DNA of 63,744 nt, filler included, from Globobulimina sp. (GCA_003354225.1; 26 parts of 26 records of this genome joined end to end with filler, not necessarily neighbours in it); one strand, 5' to 3'; positions 47,212-60,000 are shown, counted from the first letter of the whole stretch. A program made the numbers and translations. Notes: generated by a model from the sequence alone, not told the origin.

Positions 47212-49019
47212 ATGTCAATTCTTTCATCAAAGAAACAATCAACACGAACATCTGCGGAAGTGCAACAAATGCCAACTCCCAATGGCGAATTGCTGTTGCC
47301 ATCGCGTACAATATCTACGATGGACACAACAAAACATGGTCCAATACAAAATATATTCAACCCTCCAATAACTACCACTAATAAATATGCGCAATATCGC
47401 AACAACAATAATAATTATAACTCCACACCGCGGCGATCAACACGCATTACTAAGATGCGGCAACATCGCCATAAACAACAACAGCAACAACAATCATCAT
47501 CTTACACCAACAAAAATAAACAATATAAAATCAAAGCACAACATCATACGCAGATTCGCAACAACAACATTAAACAAAGCAAACACGTGGCAAGCAATCA
47601 AAAGCCAAGCAAACCTCCTATGGCTAATAAAAGCACATTTAAATTTAATTTTGATTATAATAATAATAAACCATTAACAAATAACAATAAATCAGAGGAT
47701 AAGGTAGAAAACAAGGATTATAATGGCGGCATTAAGGCAGCGAAGAACAAGAAAAAAAGGCGACGCACATTTTCAACAGACTCTGATGGCGATATTGTCG
47801 ATATTATCGACGGCAAAGTAAAGAAAATCAGTCCCAAACGGAAGAAAATTAGATTAAACAATCACAAAAAGCCGAGTAAGTTTTTGAAAATCACTCAGAA
47901 TCCCGGAAAAATCCAAGAACATATCTCAACTTTGCAGTTAGATGTAAGCAGTACCTCATCCGTCATCGTAGCAACCATTAGCACACAACCAGCCATCAAT
48001 AAACCGGAATTACCAATTTGTACCATCTCAGACGACGAAGACGGCGACTTACTAACTTATAAGCAATATAAGCAAGCAAATCCGCGAAGATATGATATCA
48101 ATACGGATTTCACGATTATTCCAAAGAATTTTAGATGCGGGAACGATAAAAAGCTTTTTTATCAAAATAGGAAATTATTTGCGGGCAAATCGACCATTGT
48201 TACAGCACAACAATGGATACAAGAACAGAAATCAGATAATATCCCATCATTAATTCCACCCAAAACTGATCATAAATCGCTTACAAAGACAGTACATTGC
48301 AACAACTGCAACAAACAAATCGCAATCGACGAAATTAAATACAATTTAGAACAGATATCATTTATAATTGATTGGTTCTGTGATATATGCACTACCAACG
48401 ACGCAAAATTAAAAATCAAATGGCATTGTAACAATATTAAATGCAAAGAACATAAAAAGCATTGGTCGCGTTTTCTAACATTAAAGAAACACCAAATCGC
48501 GACGAAGAATGATAATTTACATCTCCACTCCAAATTCTTTCAAATATTCAACATCAAATTATGTATTAACGTGGGCTGCAATGAAGAATTGGAAAATGAT
48601 AATGATTCGGAATTATGCGTAATTTGCACGCACAAATCAATAAAATCACAATTTTATGGCCTTAACGATGAATCAAACGACTTTAAAATGGCAATCATCG
48701 ACGATTCGAAAATGGATATCATTGACATAAATACATTAACCATTCGAGATACATATGCAGTGCCATCATTTATTGATATCTGGACATCAAAAATTAGAAC
48801 AATTGAATCGATTCCACCGCGGTTTATTAGAAAAGTAATCGAAGTGTACGTCAGACTGATACGCAATGCGCGACACAAAAATGACATGCGAGCTTGGATT
48901 GAATTATGCATGTTTTGCAAAACCATTTTAGCGAAGTCCGACAAAGAAAATAATCCATTTACGTTCTCCGAGCGTATATCTATGGTCTCAGCGGGCGAAA
49001 TTATTAAATTATTCACCAT
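47212..49019 (+). mobile_element. Probable non-LTR retrotransposon (CRE-clade-like) ORF, N-terminal part; RT lies beyond the contig end
   Basis: Low-complexity N-terminus, CxxC and C2H2-like fingers, then TIESIPPRF...AWIELCMFCKTIL...ERI..AG, resembling the pre-RT region of CRE-type elements. Confidence 0.55.
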
Positions 49020-49146
49020 NNNNNNNNNNNNNNNNNNNNNNNNNNNNNNNNNNNNNNNNNNNNTTAATTAATTAANNNNNNNNNNNNNNNNNNNNNNNNN
49101 NNNNNNNNNNNNNNNNNNNCCGATCACCAAGAAGCCTCTCCATAAA

Positions 49147-50809
49147 TTAAAATCATTGATTACAAGTTACAATCTAGATTTCAATAAAAACGCACCGCCA
49201 GCAAGTGCAGCAACAGTTAATGGCGAAATACTGAACGGCAATTGCCATTTTTTAGGTTTTTCCTCCGTAAACATTTTCCAAATCTTATTTTTAAAATCAG
49301 TAAATGGCGGCAAACGCAAAGAATAGCTCCCCTCACCAGAATATTTATTCAATACCGGTTTCTCGTGACAAAAAGCAGCAAATGAATACCAACCATGGTA
49401 CTTACCAGTACCGCTATGCCCAATACCGCCAAATGGAAATCCTGGGAATGCACAATGAGAAACAACATCGTTTATAGTCACACCACCGGCATCGGTGTTG
49501 TTCACTATCCTGTCCGCAAATGATTTGTTTGCCGTAAATATGTACATCGCCAATGCTTTCGGCTGTGATTGAATAATCGGAATGGCGTCAGTCAAAATAT
49601 CATCCACCGGAAATATAGATATTATCGGTCCAAACACCTCCTCGCTCATCACTGGCGAACTAAAATCGATATTGGACAGAATGGTCGGTGCTATATAATT
49701 GTCCGAGACATCCACCTCTCCGCCAACCGCAATGTTCACTTTATTCTCATCCAAAACCTTGTTCAATCGCTGAAAATGTTTCTCATTTATGATCCTCGCA
49801 TAGGCCTCACTTAATTGCGGATTCTCTCCAAAAAACCCAGTAAATGCGCGTTTCAGTGCAGTGATAATTTTGTGCTGTGACGTTTTGTTAACAATAATAT
49901 ATTCCGGCGCTAGGCAGACTTGTCCAGCATTGATGCACCAACGTCCCCAGGCAATGCGCGTTGCGGCCATGTCAAAATCACAATTATCATCCAAAATGAC
50001 GGGATTCTTACCGCCTAACTCCAACACGCAAGGCGTTAAATGCTGCGCCGCCGCACGGGCCACGATCTTACCAATGTTGCAACCGCCGGTGAAAAATATT
50101 AAATCGAACTTATTTTTGAGCAAAAGTGTGGTTTCTGTGACACCTCCATTCACCACATGGTAGCAATCGGAATCTAAGTATTTGGAAATTAAGCTCTGTA
50201 TCAATGCAGCAGAATGACTGGAAACTTCTGATCTGTGCAAGGATGATTTGATTCACTTTAATGTATATATTGGCAATTAAGTATATTACATACGGTTTGA
50301 TGATGGCAGTACAACCCGCAGCAATGGCACCTGCTAAAGGGAGGAATGTGAGTAGGAATGGAAAGTTCCAGGGACTGATTAATAAAATATTACCCAATGG
50401 CGTATAATGTAAATATCCGGAATCTGTGATGAAAGCAGTGGTGGAGGCTATTTTTTTGGCTGTCATGTATTCTGATAAATGGTTGATTTGATGAGCAATT
50501 TCAGATTTGGAGATGGAGATTTCTGTGATACTGATCTCATTTTTGGGGCGATGTTTCATGTCTGATTGGATTGCCTGCGTTATTTCGTCTGCGTTTTCAT
50601 CGATTAATTTGTATAATTGATGTAATTGTTTCCGACGATAGGATTCAGGCAATGTTATTCCTTTTAAAAATGATCTTCTTGTTTTTGAAATTATCTGTAT
50701 ACCGTTGCAATCATTAAACTATCTATTTCGATCAGACTCATCAAGAGAAGGAATTTTTTTTTTTAACGTTTGGAATTTCCGAGATTTTTGTGTAGTGTTG
50801 AGTTGCCAT
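49147..50809 (-). CDS. ALDH3: Aldehyde dehydrogenase family 3 (fatty ALDH-like); introns 50695-50767 and 50233-50293
   Basis: PWNFP, KP/SEV, FFTGG, LELGGKNP, NAGQVCLAP, EEVFGP, PFGGIGHSG; C-terminal TM ending SRL (PTS1-like); TAA stop at about 49167. Confidence 0.93.
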
Positions 50810-51842
50810 GGTGACCGGGTTCAGAGTTTTTAGTTAGTCTGCAACTATTTTACCACACATTGTTACAAAATATATTCTACCAACTTATATAGCATCGTAC
50901 TTTATTCTTTATTGTATTTATCCATTAACATTTTGTTGCCGGATTATGTCTGCCTTTATGTGGGTCGGCGAGATGCCACATATTGTCTATTTGATAAATA
51001 TTTATCCTGAATAGGTCGATCAGTTGCCACAGGTACAGATATATGTTCTGTACATATAATGGATACTGTCACTTAATTCGCCTGTTTCAGATGGAATAAA
51101 CACCATTCCTTTGCTGATTGTAAGCAGGTCCTCTAAACTTTGCTATCAAATTCATTGGATCAAATTCAATATTTGATTTTGGTGGATAAACGCACCAAAA
51201 TATCAGCATCAACCCACTCAAAAAGGCACAAAATGTATGTATTCACTGTTGCAAATTTTGTTTTTTTAACTCTGTTTTTGTCATATAAATATTATGTGTT
51301 ACTACGAAAGGTCGTGTTTTGCGAAGCATAGCATTTTCCACTTTTTGTGATTGAAGTGTTCAATTCAGTATTTTTTGTGATTATATTCGTGCAGCCTTTA
51401 TTAAAGCGGAATAGTTGTAAGTGATTACATATAATATTATTTTCAGCTCAATATTATGTATATTAGAAGTTATTNNNNNNNNNNNNNNNNNNNNNNNNNN
51501 NNNNNNNNNNNNNNNNNNTTAATTAATTAANNNNNNNNNNNNNNNNNNNNNNNNNNNNNNNNNNNNNNNNNNNNTAAAAAAAACAACGTGATTTAATACA
51601 TCCTGAAACACTCAACAAACGAAAACAACAATAAGTGATACAAAGCTATGACTTATCCATCTAAAATTTAATCAAAATAAAAAGAAAAAGCTATGACTTA
51701 TACCATCTTATAATAAATTTGTACAATTTCTCAAAGAAATAAAAATTAAAAGAAAAAGCTAATAATATATTTTGATATTTTTATTATACTAAATTATAAT
51801 TACCGCGGTCGCCGGAGACATATAAATATGATGCAATATACG

Positions 51843-52775
51843 CTAAATAATATCGACATCCATGCCTTGTAAATCATATTCATTGTAATCTGTGGATATG
51901 ACCCATGTTCCTTCGCTATCACTATCATCATCATCATCAATATCAGGACAACAGCCATGTTCAAAGGATACAAAACCACAATAATCCTTTGCTTTTGCTG
52001 TTGCTTTTGAAACAAAACTATTATTTATCATGTTATCTGCAACCAGGCAGGTCTGCTGACTCTGGTATGATACGATTGGAAGCAAAGAGCGTGGGTTTGA
52101 TTGGTATAATATTTCCTGAATCGATTTAAATCGCATCGTTAACGAACTCAATTCACTCAATATTTGCCCGGTTGCTGCGTTATATTGTGATTTAAACAAT
52201 TTCTTATAACTATATCTCCACCAATTCGCTTCAAATTTAATCGCTTTATACTTTGATTTTGTAACTGCATCATATAAATTGGTCAATCTCTCACTAAAAT
52301 GCCTCCAAAACGGTGATATTAATCCATCCGTATCATGCATTTCATACTCATCAAGCATCCAAAACGCTAAATTTTGACTGTCTTTCCATCGTAAAAGCAT
52401 CAGAAATTGCTCAAAAACTACCGAATCTATAAAGTATTATTATTTTTTATTATATTCAATAGCTGCAAATTATGACAAACCTTCAAATATTTTGATTCGA
52501 CCTAAAATAGTTTTTTCCATCTCATGTTTATATGTTATGGGAGAATATATCCATTTCTTTTTTAATGGTAACATAAAGATTGACGAATATAAAACGTGCG
52601 TTGGACATAAAGACCATGTCTGATACAAACCAATCAATGATATAAAGACAACCCTTCGCCTGTCACACGCATTAATATTGCATGTAGTGTCCATTCCATT
52701 TCTCATTTGTTGTCGATGCAAATCGATAATAAATTGCTCCGGATTCGAAGCTTTGCTTTTCTTTGCTTGCTTCAT
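51843..52775 (-). CDS. Hypothetical protein; intron 52427-52480
   Basis: Two ORFs joined in frame by a GT-AG intron. Confidence 0.6.
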
Positions 52776-52929
52776 TGCAATTGAATGTCTTTTGTATTAT
52801 TAAATATTTATAAGTCAATTACACAAAAACATTAAAACGAAACTGATTTCCCATTATGAACGTCGATCGAAAAGGGTTGAAAATTGAAAAAGATTGAAGT
52901 TAATTAACTAACACAACTGAAGTAACACA

Positions 52930-53850
52930 TTACTGTTTATCATTATTTGTAGGTGCTTGGACAGCAGAATCCGTCGCCAATCTATACTCTGCCTTTAACA
53001 CCCAACTCCTTCCGCCTTTCTCCGCATTTTGAAATCTATCGCACAATCTTTGCACAATTGGCCTCAAGAAATTCCATGGTTCGCCAGTCTTTATTTCCAT
53101 ATCTTTCTGCGACAAACAACTCTCTTTCTCAAATGCGGCAAATACCATATTCTCATACAACCGCTCATCTTTCCTCACATTCTTCACTCTCTTCGTCTTC
53201 CTCTCCGTATTGTTCTTATTCTTATTCGATTTCACATTCTTTTTATCCAACCTCCGATTTGCATTGATTCTCTCCATTGCGTCCCTATCCCGCTCCGCCT
53301 TCGACTCATTAAATATATTCTTCTTCGCCTTTATCTGCATCGTACTGAACACATTCATAATTACTCAAAAAGCGCAAGGATCAAAACACAGCAAAACTAA
53401 ACTGTTGAAACGATTTTTTCATTGACCGCAACTGCAAAAATTGCTTATACTGCGGCGTCCATTGCGGAGTGACATCCATTTCGCCGTTGACCACGCCCCA
53501 TATTTTGCACTTATTCGCTCGCGCCGCTTCCTGCGGATTCTCAAATCTTATGTCTCTTTCTGGCACTTTGTACCGCTGTTTCTTGCTCTTATTATAATTG
53601 AATTGCACGGTGAAGGTGCGATCATTGTTAATCTCTTTGATGCAGCCTTTGCCATAGCCACCGAGACTGGTTTTGTTTTTACTTTTGTTCTGCTTCTTGT
53701 TCTTGTTTTTATTCTTACTCTTAACATCATCGTCTTCCTCCTCTTTCATATGGCTCTGACTGTGACTCCGCGAATTGTCCAAGGCTTCGACCTGCGAACC
53801 AACGGGAAATGGCGGCTTGTCGTGGAATACTAACAATTTATCCGGCCCCC
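52930..53850 (-). CDS. GTF2F2: Transcription factor IIF beta subunit with Tudor-like insertion; intron 53345-53402; 5' partial
   Basis: Winged helix MVFAAFEK..LSQKDM..TGEP..FLRPIV...WVLKAEYR; IWGVVNGEMDVTP..QYKQFLQLR. Confidence 0.82.
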
Positions 53851-54204
53851 ATGACAGTCACGGTAACAGCCGAGAACAGGGAATATGATGGGACGAAAGA
53901 TGCCGTTGTATCCTTTGCGGATGTTCAAANNNNNNNNNNNNNNNNNNNNNNNNNNNNNNNNNNNNNNNNNNNNTTAATTAATTAANNNNNNNNNNNNNNN
54001 NNNNNNNNNNNNNNNNNNNNNNNNNNNNNATATCTTCAAAACTCTAAGAAATCAAAATGTGACATTAGATTTGAGAAAAAAGAGCAGAAGCACTATATTA
54101 AAAAAAAACTACTAACTACTTATTACATTTTTGGAATTTAGTAAAAATACATTGCTATATAATATGATATGATATGATATATTGGCTTGATTAGTTGATT
54201 AACA

Positions 54205-56223
54205 TCAACGTTTATTTGCAGTCTGCCATTCTTTAAACGCTTCCGGATATGATTTGCCATTAATTAACATCGGATAGGAATACCTACTCTTTTTCGAATC
54301 ATATTTGATGCAAATAATCAAAGTAACCCCTTTTTTACCATTTCCTTTCTCTGAATTCAAAGCAAATTTAAACTTTGTTTTATTCGATTTAGTGGACGAA
54401 AATTTTTCTATATTATCCACTTCAATCTTCCGCATTGTTTTCTTATTTGGACTTCCTTTGATTTGTTGATGTTGCAAAACCACACAATGTGCCGCATCAT
54501 TGCCATCAATAAACTTCCATTCCACGCACATATAATCCTTCTCCATTTTGAGCGACCTTCCCCATATATTTTTTTTCTCTGCTTTTTTGCCTTCAATTGG
54601 CAGCGTATGCGCTCTCACAATACTTTCCTCCATATATCTCTGTCTCCGTCCATGTGGATCGCTATTATAATTCCTCAATTTTACCAACATACACTTTTTC
54701 TCCTCCACTGCCTCATTTGCAATCCGCTTTAATTCGTGTTTCATGGACGAAGAACCCGCATTAAATAAACTCAAATCGTTTTTCAGCAACAATTGTTTCT
54801 CAGTATCAATAATGTCAATAAATTGCTGTACATCGTCGTGCATAGTTTCTTGCGTATCATAATACATTGCAATCTCTTCCAAATACCGCAACTCAAATCC
54901 TTTGCCAATGGCATCATTTATTTTGCTCATATTTATCGACCGCATCTTCATATTTTTAATCACTTTCCATTTGGCGTCAGTTACAATCACTGTGTCACTA
55001 AAAACACAAAATTGATTTAATTTTAATTTCTTTTGTATTTTGCCACTCTTTACATTAAACGTAAACTGATTTATATATTTCCTGTGTGGTTCGACTAGAT
55101 TTTGTTTGAAACAGCGCAGTTTATTTTGAATCTGCAGACATTGGCTCATGTTTTCGATTTCGCGCTGCCGCTCATTGATATGGTTGGTAATATCATTCAC
55201 TTTGTTGAGCGCACAATTTATATCCTGATAATCCTTGTAATCGCACGGCGTTTTTTTCTTTATGTCTTGTAATAACAACAAATATCTCGGGATGCGCTGA
55301 ATGGGCGCAATCAATAAGTTGGTTAACGGTTTTTTTTCTTTTCGTTTTTGTTTTAAGAATTTGTATAATTTCTTGTTCTTGGATTTGTTGCCGTGGATGG
55401 CAAAAATGTCCAAAATGGTTTGGTATTCTTTGACAAAGGAAATGTACATTTTGAGGAAGTCAGAAGATTTGTTAAATACTTGAATGATGTCTCCGTTGAT
55501 TAGCTGTTTTAGGAAATAATCGTTGTGGAATGCGGTGATTTGAGGTAGATTTGAAGTGATTTGGGCTTTATACTTTTCGTCAAGCAATTTTTTATCGAAT
55601 ATTTTGGTTAATATCTCATTGCATAATGTGTTTAAATCCGCGCAATAATGTTTCTCGGTTTCTATTAATTCGCTTTCTAATAACTTCCTCTTTGCAAGCC
55701 ACGAATTATCAGATTTCTCCTTCTTTTTCTCATCCATTTCTTCTATTAATTTGTCAGTAAATATGGTGACGGATTTGATACGAAAATGTTCGACCGACGC
55801 ACTGGTATTGCTGTGATGTGTGGATAGCGATGTTTTTTGATCGTTATTTTCGAATTCTTTGCTATTGTTAGCATTAACATCACCATAATATCCATCATCT
55901 GATTCCCAATCTGAATCGGTGTCGATTGCCACTGATTTATCGAAATCGAGCTCCAGTGGGTCATCATCAAATAGTGGGATTATGTTACTTGAATGAAGGG
56001 CGTCAAGCTGATTATTTTTAGTGTTTTGTTGTTGAAATTCAGTAATATCAATCACTTTGATTTTGTGAAATTCGTCAATGTGATCATCAGCACCGCGCAA
56101 TACGTTTTTTGCTAAGAGTTTAGATTTGCGCCCGCTTTTTTTTCGTGTGCCTGGGGCTGTGGGTTTTGAATATTGACTGGGTCCGGTTGCCATGTCGACA
56201 GTTGCAACAGCTCTACACCTCAT
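54205..56223 (-). CDS. Rho guanine nucleotide exchange factor (DH-PH) with C-terminal FAIM-like domain
   Basis: ELIETEKHY, LLIAPIQRIPRYLLLLQDI, HINE; PH FCVFSD. Confidence 0.9.
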   Translation of the reverse strand: MRCRAVATVDMATGPSQYSKPTAPGTRKKSGRKSKLLAKNVLRGADDHIDEFHKIKVIDITEFQQQNTKNNQLDALHSSNIIPLFDDDPLELDFDKSVAIDTDSDWESDDGYYGDVNANNSKEFENNDQKTSLSTHHSNTSASVEHFRIKSVTIFTDKLIEEMDEKKKEKSDNSWLAKRKLLESELIETEKHYCADLNTLCNEILTKIFDKKLLDEKYKAQITSNLPQITAFHNDYFLKQLINGDIIQVFNKSSDFLKMYISFVKEYQTILDIFAIHGNKSKNKKLYKFLKQKRKEKKPLTNLLIAPIQRIPRYLLLLQDIKKKTPCDYKDYQDINCALNKVNDITNHINERQREIENMSQCLQIQNKLRCFKQNLVEPHRKYINQFTFNVKSGKIQKKLKLNQFCVFSDTVIVTDAKWKVIKNMKMRSINMSKINDAIGKGFELRYLEEIAMYYDTQETMHDDVQQFIDIIDTEKQLLLKNDLSLFNAGSSSMKHELKRIANEAVEEKKCMLVKLRNYNSDPHGRRQRYMEESIVRAHTLPIEGKKAEKKNIWGRSLKMEKDYMCVEWKFIDGNDAAHCVVLQHQQIKGSPNKKTMRKIEVDNIEKFSSTKSNKTKFKFALNSEKGNGKKGVTLIICIKYDSKKSRYSYPMLINGKSYPEAFKEWQTANKR

Positions 56224-56569
56224 TATAACTTCGAATGTTTTTATTTATGGTTGTTTCTGACAATGGCGTGGTAACCCTTTTCTGTGAAAACCTTTCAAGT
56301 AAAGTTAAACTGTTTACGTATATATTTTATAAACGTGTTGATACAGTGCAAGAAGATTAATTTGCGACACAAAATGTTAAAATNNNNNNNNNNNNNNNNN
56401 NNNNNNNNNNNNNNNNNNNNNNNNNNNTTAATTAATTAANNNNNNNNNNNNNNNNNNNNNNNNNNNNNNNNNNNNNNNNNNNNATATGTACATTTATGTA
56501 CATTATACATTTATGTACGTACAAATGTCGTATATATAATATATATGTTTCTCATGATGGACTTGATCA

Positions 56570-57123
56570 GGATTTGGTTTAATACGCGGTTTATCCCAAT
56601 TTTTCACTGGATATGCTGGCGATTTATTGGGTAGGAAATGGATAATTTTTGCGGGATTAATGCTAAATGCAATTGTGTTGATTGTTTTTGGTGCTGTCAT
56701 TAGTTTAACAGAAGGTGACAATGAATCGAAGCTTACAGTATTTACAATTGGCGCATTATGTATGGGCTTTGGAATTGGTTTGGTTTTTTAGTTGCTGAAG
56801 AAACAGAATCGCATATTCGAGCTACTGCATTAGGGACATATAGATTATGGCGGGATTTAGGATATGCATTTGGAGCAATATTATCTGGCGCATTAATTGA
56901 TGCGACTGGCTCATTTGATGTGGCTGTTGGTATTGTTGGTGCGGTGACGGCTGTATCTGCAATAATGTTTGTTGTGTTATACAGTAAAGGAGGTGATAAA
57001 GGCAATCAAATAAACGGTCCAGTTTCTTCAAACTCAAATATTAAATCAAATGACGATACTGGTACTAAAACTGCATTGAACGTAGAAACACCAGAAAGTG
57101 TGGAAACGCCAGAAATGCCATAA
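56570..57123 (+). CDS. MFS transporter C-terminal half with internal deletion and frameshift near 56790
   Basis: GYAGDLLGRKWII; RATALGTYRLWRDLGYAFGA. Confidence 0.75.
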
Positions 57124-57396
57124 ACCACTACGTTGTGTATACATAGATCACTATATTTTTATGACAATTTGTGCAGACGATGTACTTTTTTATTTTATCA
57201 ATTTGTATTTTATTCAATATTATATTCTACTTACAAAAATTAATATTTTTTTCAAAATTTCTCCTTTTGCCATAACAAAAAAACTAATATTCAATTATAG
57301 AACAAACAGAATCAGTTGTGTTTATCGTGAAAACATTCCTGAAACTGTTTTTGCGCAAAAACAAAAAACTATTGTTATCCTTGCACTTGATGGAGT

Positions 57397-57843
57397 TTAA
57401 TTAATTTTCAATAGTTCCACTTCAAATTTAAGATCCTGTTTTGCCGCTATTGGACCATATCCTTTTGCACCATATCCAAACTGCCATGATATTTCAAGTA
57501 CTGCCTTTTCACCGAGACTCATTTGTATGACCCCTTCATCCCATCCTTTGATAACTCTACCCACTCCAATATTAAATGTGAATGGCTTCCCTTTACGTAC
57601 TGACGAATCAAATTCCTCTCTGATAATTATTAACGGCAATATATTATAGAGGTATTTAATATAAAGATGTCAAATAACAAACCCATTTTTAGGGCCATTA
57701 TGAAAAGTTCCGGTGTAATGCATTGTTAATTTATCACCCTGTTTTGGGTATGTTTTACCGTCGCCTTCGGAAACAGTCACAACGTTGACACCGACTGCGT
57801 ATGGTTCACTATTATCTTTTGGTGCATTTTTTGGCGCTGCCAT
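57397..57843 (-). CDS. FKBP12: FKBP12-type peptidyl-prolyl isomerase; intron 57620-57682
   Basis: GDGKTYPKQGD..MHYTG, FDSS..PF.F.IG..VIKGWDEG, YG..G, FEVELL. Confidence 0.95.
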
Positions 57844-58147
57844 CTTTAATATTTTATTTGTGTATAAAATCAAAAACTTTTAGATAATTAAAAAAATGGA
57901 AACAGTCAAAAGTTTGTCTGACGCTGAAAAGGTTGTTAACGTTTTTTCATTGACCTGTGTCGTGAAAGTTGAAAAAAAAAAGCAGGAAATATATATAATT
58001 CAACAAAATTGAAAGAAGAAAAAATAGTCAAAAAAAAAACAATAAAATCAAATAATGTCAAAAAAAAATTGAACAATCAATATAGGAAAAAAAAACGGCA
58101 CACATTAACAACACAAATATAAATCAATATATATGTTAATTTTGGAG

Positions 58148-58837
58148 TTATTTTTTCATTTTTTGTTTTGTATTTTTGCTGCATAATACACTTAAATCCA
58201 TGCACTTAAACGATGGCCAAATACATGCTTTCTTTTTTTGTGTTTTCTTTTTAGTTAAATATTTTTTCTCAGCTACATTATCATAAATTCGTTTCTTCGA
58301 TTTTTTTTTTCGTTTACCTTTGCTATGTTTAGTTTTGTTGCCACTATGCATTCTACCAACATCTGGGAATGTAGATATTGAGGGAAGCGGTGGCGTATTG
58401 AGTGTATTTGTGTCAATGGTGGGGAGTGGGAGAGGCGTCGTTGGTGTGTTAAACGGATAAAAAAGAGGGGTGGTTGGAACATCAATTAATCGAAGAATAG
58501 CATCATCCGTAACGTTGACATCATTAATATCATTTGAATAGTTTGAATGATGTGAATTGGAGTAATTTGAGGATGTGGAATGGTTGGTTTTATTGCTCAT
58601 AATTCTCTGTGTTCTGTTGCTCATTAATAACGGCGAATGATTCATTAATTGTATCTGTCGTTGGAGCTGCAGTGTTGCCTTTACTTGGTCTGATAAATTG
58701 GACAATTGTTGCTGTAAACGAAGTATATCCGCAGCTGGATTAGATACATTGGACACATTGGATCCACTGGACATAATGTGTTTGGCTAATTTGTTTTCAA
58801 TTTAAACTTGATAGGATTTGCGCATGGTAGGGTCATC
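58148..58837 (-). CDS. Low-complexity hypothetical protein, probably 5' partial
   Basis: 208-aa S/N/P-rich ORF. Confidence 0.45.
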
Positions 58838-59226
58838 NNNNNNNNNNNNNNNNNNNNNNNNNNNNNNNNNNNNNNNNNNNNTTAATTAATTAANNNNNNN
58901 NNNNNNNNNNNNNNNNNNNNNNNNNNNNNNNNNNNNNTTGAAACACATTGTTTTTGAAACACTGCCTGTTTATAGCATATGGGCGTATGAATGTAATATT
59001 CTATACATCACGAATTTAAAACATGACGAGTTTAGAATAATTATCCCTTTGGTTGCTACAAGCACCTCAAGAACTAAAGCTTTTTAGAAAAAACTGACTG
59101 CTCTGAGCAAACTAAAAGTACTCACCTCACTTTTCCTATATTGGTTTTATGTGTCGACCAATATATCACCTCACAATGACAAGATTGTTTACAAATTTTT
59201 AAATAAACCACATTATTATTGTTTTA

Positions 59227-59482
59227 TTATTTTTCCATTGGTTTTGGAAATTCAGCTTGTATAAATTTCTCAATAGTAGTTGGTAAGCAATGTCCTCCTT
59301 TTTGTTTGAAATGCGAATATTTATCCTTCAACATATGAGCGGCTCCTCGTCGAAGAGCATATCTTGCTTTATTCCCAGCAACTTGGATTTGAGAATTCTG
59401 TGTAGCAATAGGAATATATATATATATCCGAATATTTTAGCAATAGGAAAATGCATACTTTTATTTTTGGTAAGTGTAGCAT
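59227..59482 (-). CDS. KolX / P2X7-ballast-like small protein fragment inside the transposon; intron 59398-59458
   Basis: Spliced MLHLPKIK/NSQIQVAGNKARYALRRGAAHMLKDKYSHFKQKGGHCLPTTIEKFIQAEFPKPMEK*. Confidence 0.5.
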
Positions 59483-60000
59483 ATAATGATCGTAAATGTG
59501 CTGTGGATGTTGCTAATCAGAGGCAAGCGCAATGCGATGGAACTCCAAGAACAAGAAGGAAAAATATGCGAATGGGACATGATTTATTGCAAAGGTTAGC
59601 TATTCAAAATGCAATTATTTTGTATGTGGAGTCACCACATTTGCATGGAAATGCTCCTAAATCTCATCTCAAACCAAAACGATTGATCGCACAGTTATTT
59701 GTGCAATGGGCAGAAGATTGGAAAAAAGTGCCCCCAAATTATATGAAAAAGATCGTACCAAAGAGAAAAGCAAAATTATTGCGATCAATCCGTACACATA
59801 AAAAAGCATCAATAAAAATGCAATCTCAACTTGGGAAAACACATAAATTGATAAAAGGAGATAGGAAGGATAGAAGGCATTGTTCAGTATGCAATCAACG
59901 TATGCAATCATATGAATGTAATACAAAAATTGCACAATGTTATTGCTTTGAATTATGGCATGAGGAACGTGACTTACAATTCCAAAAATTGGATCAATGA
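59479..60000 (+). pseudogene. piggyBac transposase C-terminal fragment
   Basis: YNDRKCAVDVANQ (cf. YN..MGGVD..DQ), RTRRK..LL..LAIQNAIILY, Cys-rich RRHCSVC..YEC..CFELWH. Confidence 0.8.

Noticed and set aside
56780-56800. MFS internal deletion and frameshift as a regulated event
   Set aside because: Cannot distinguish pseudogene from assembly error; no recoding signal seen.
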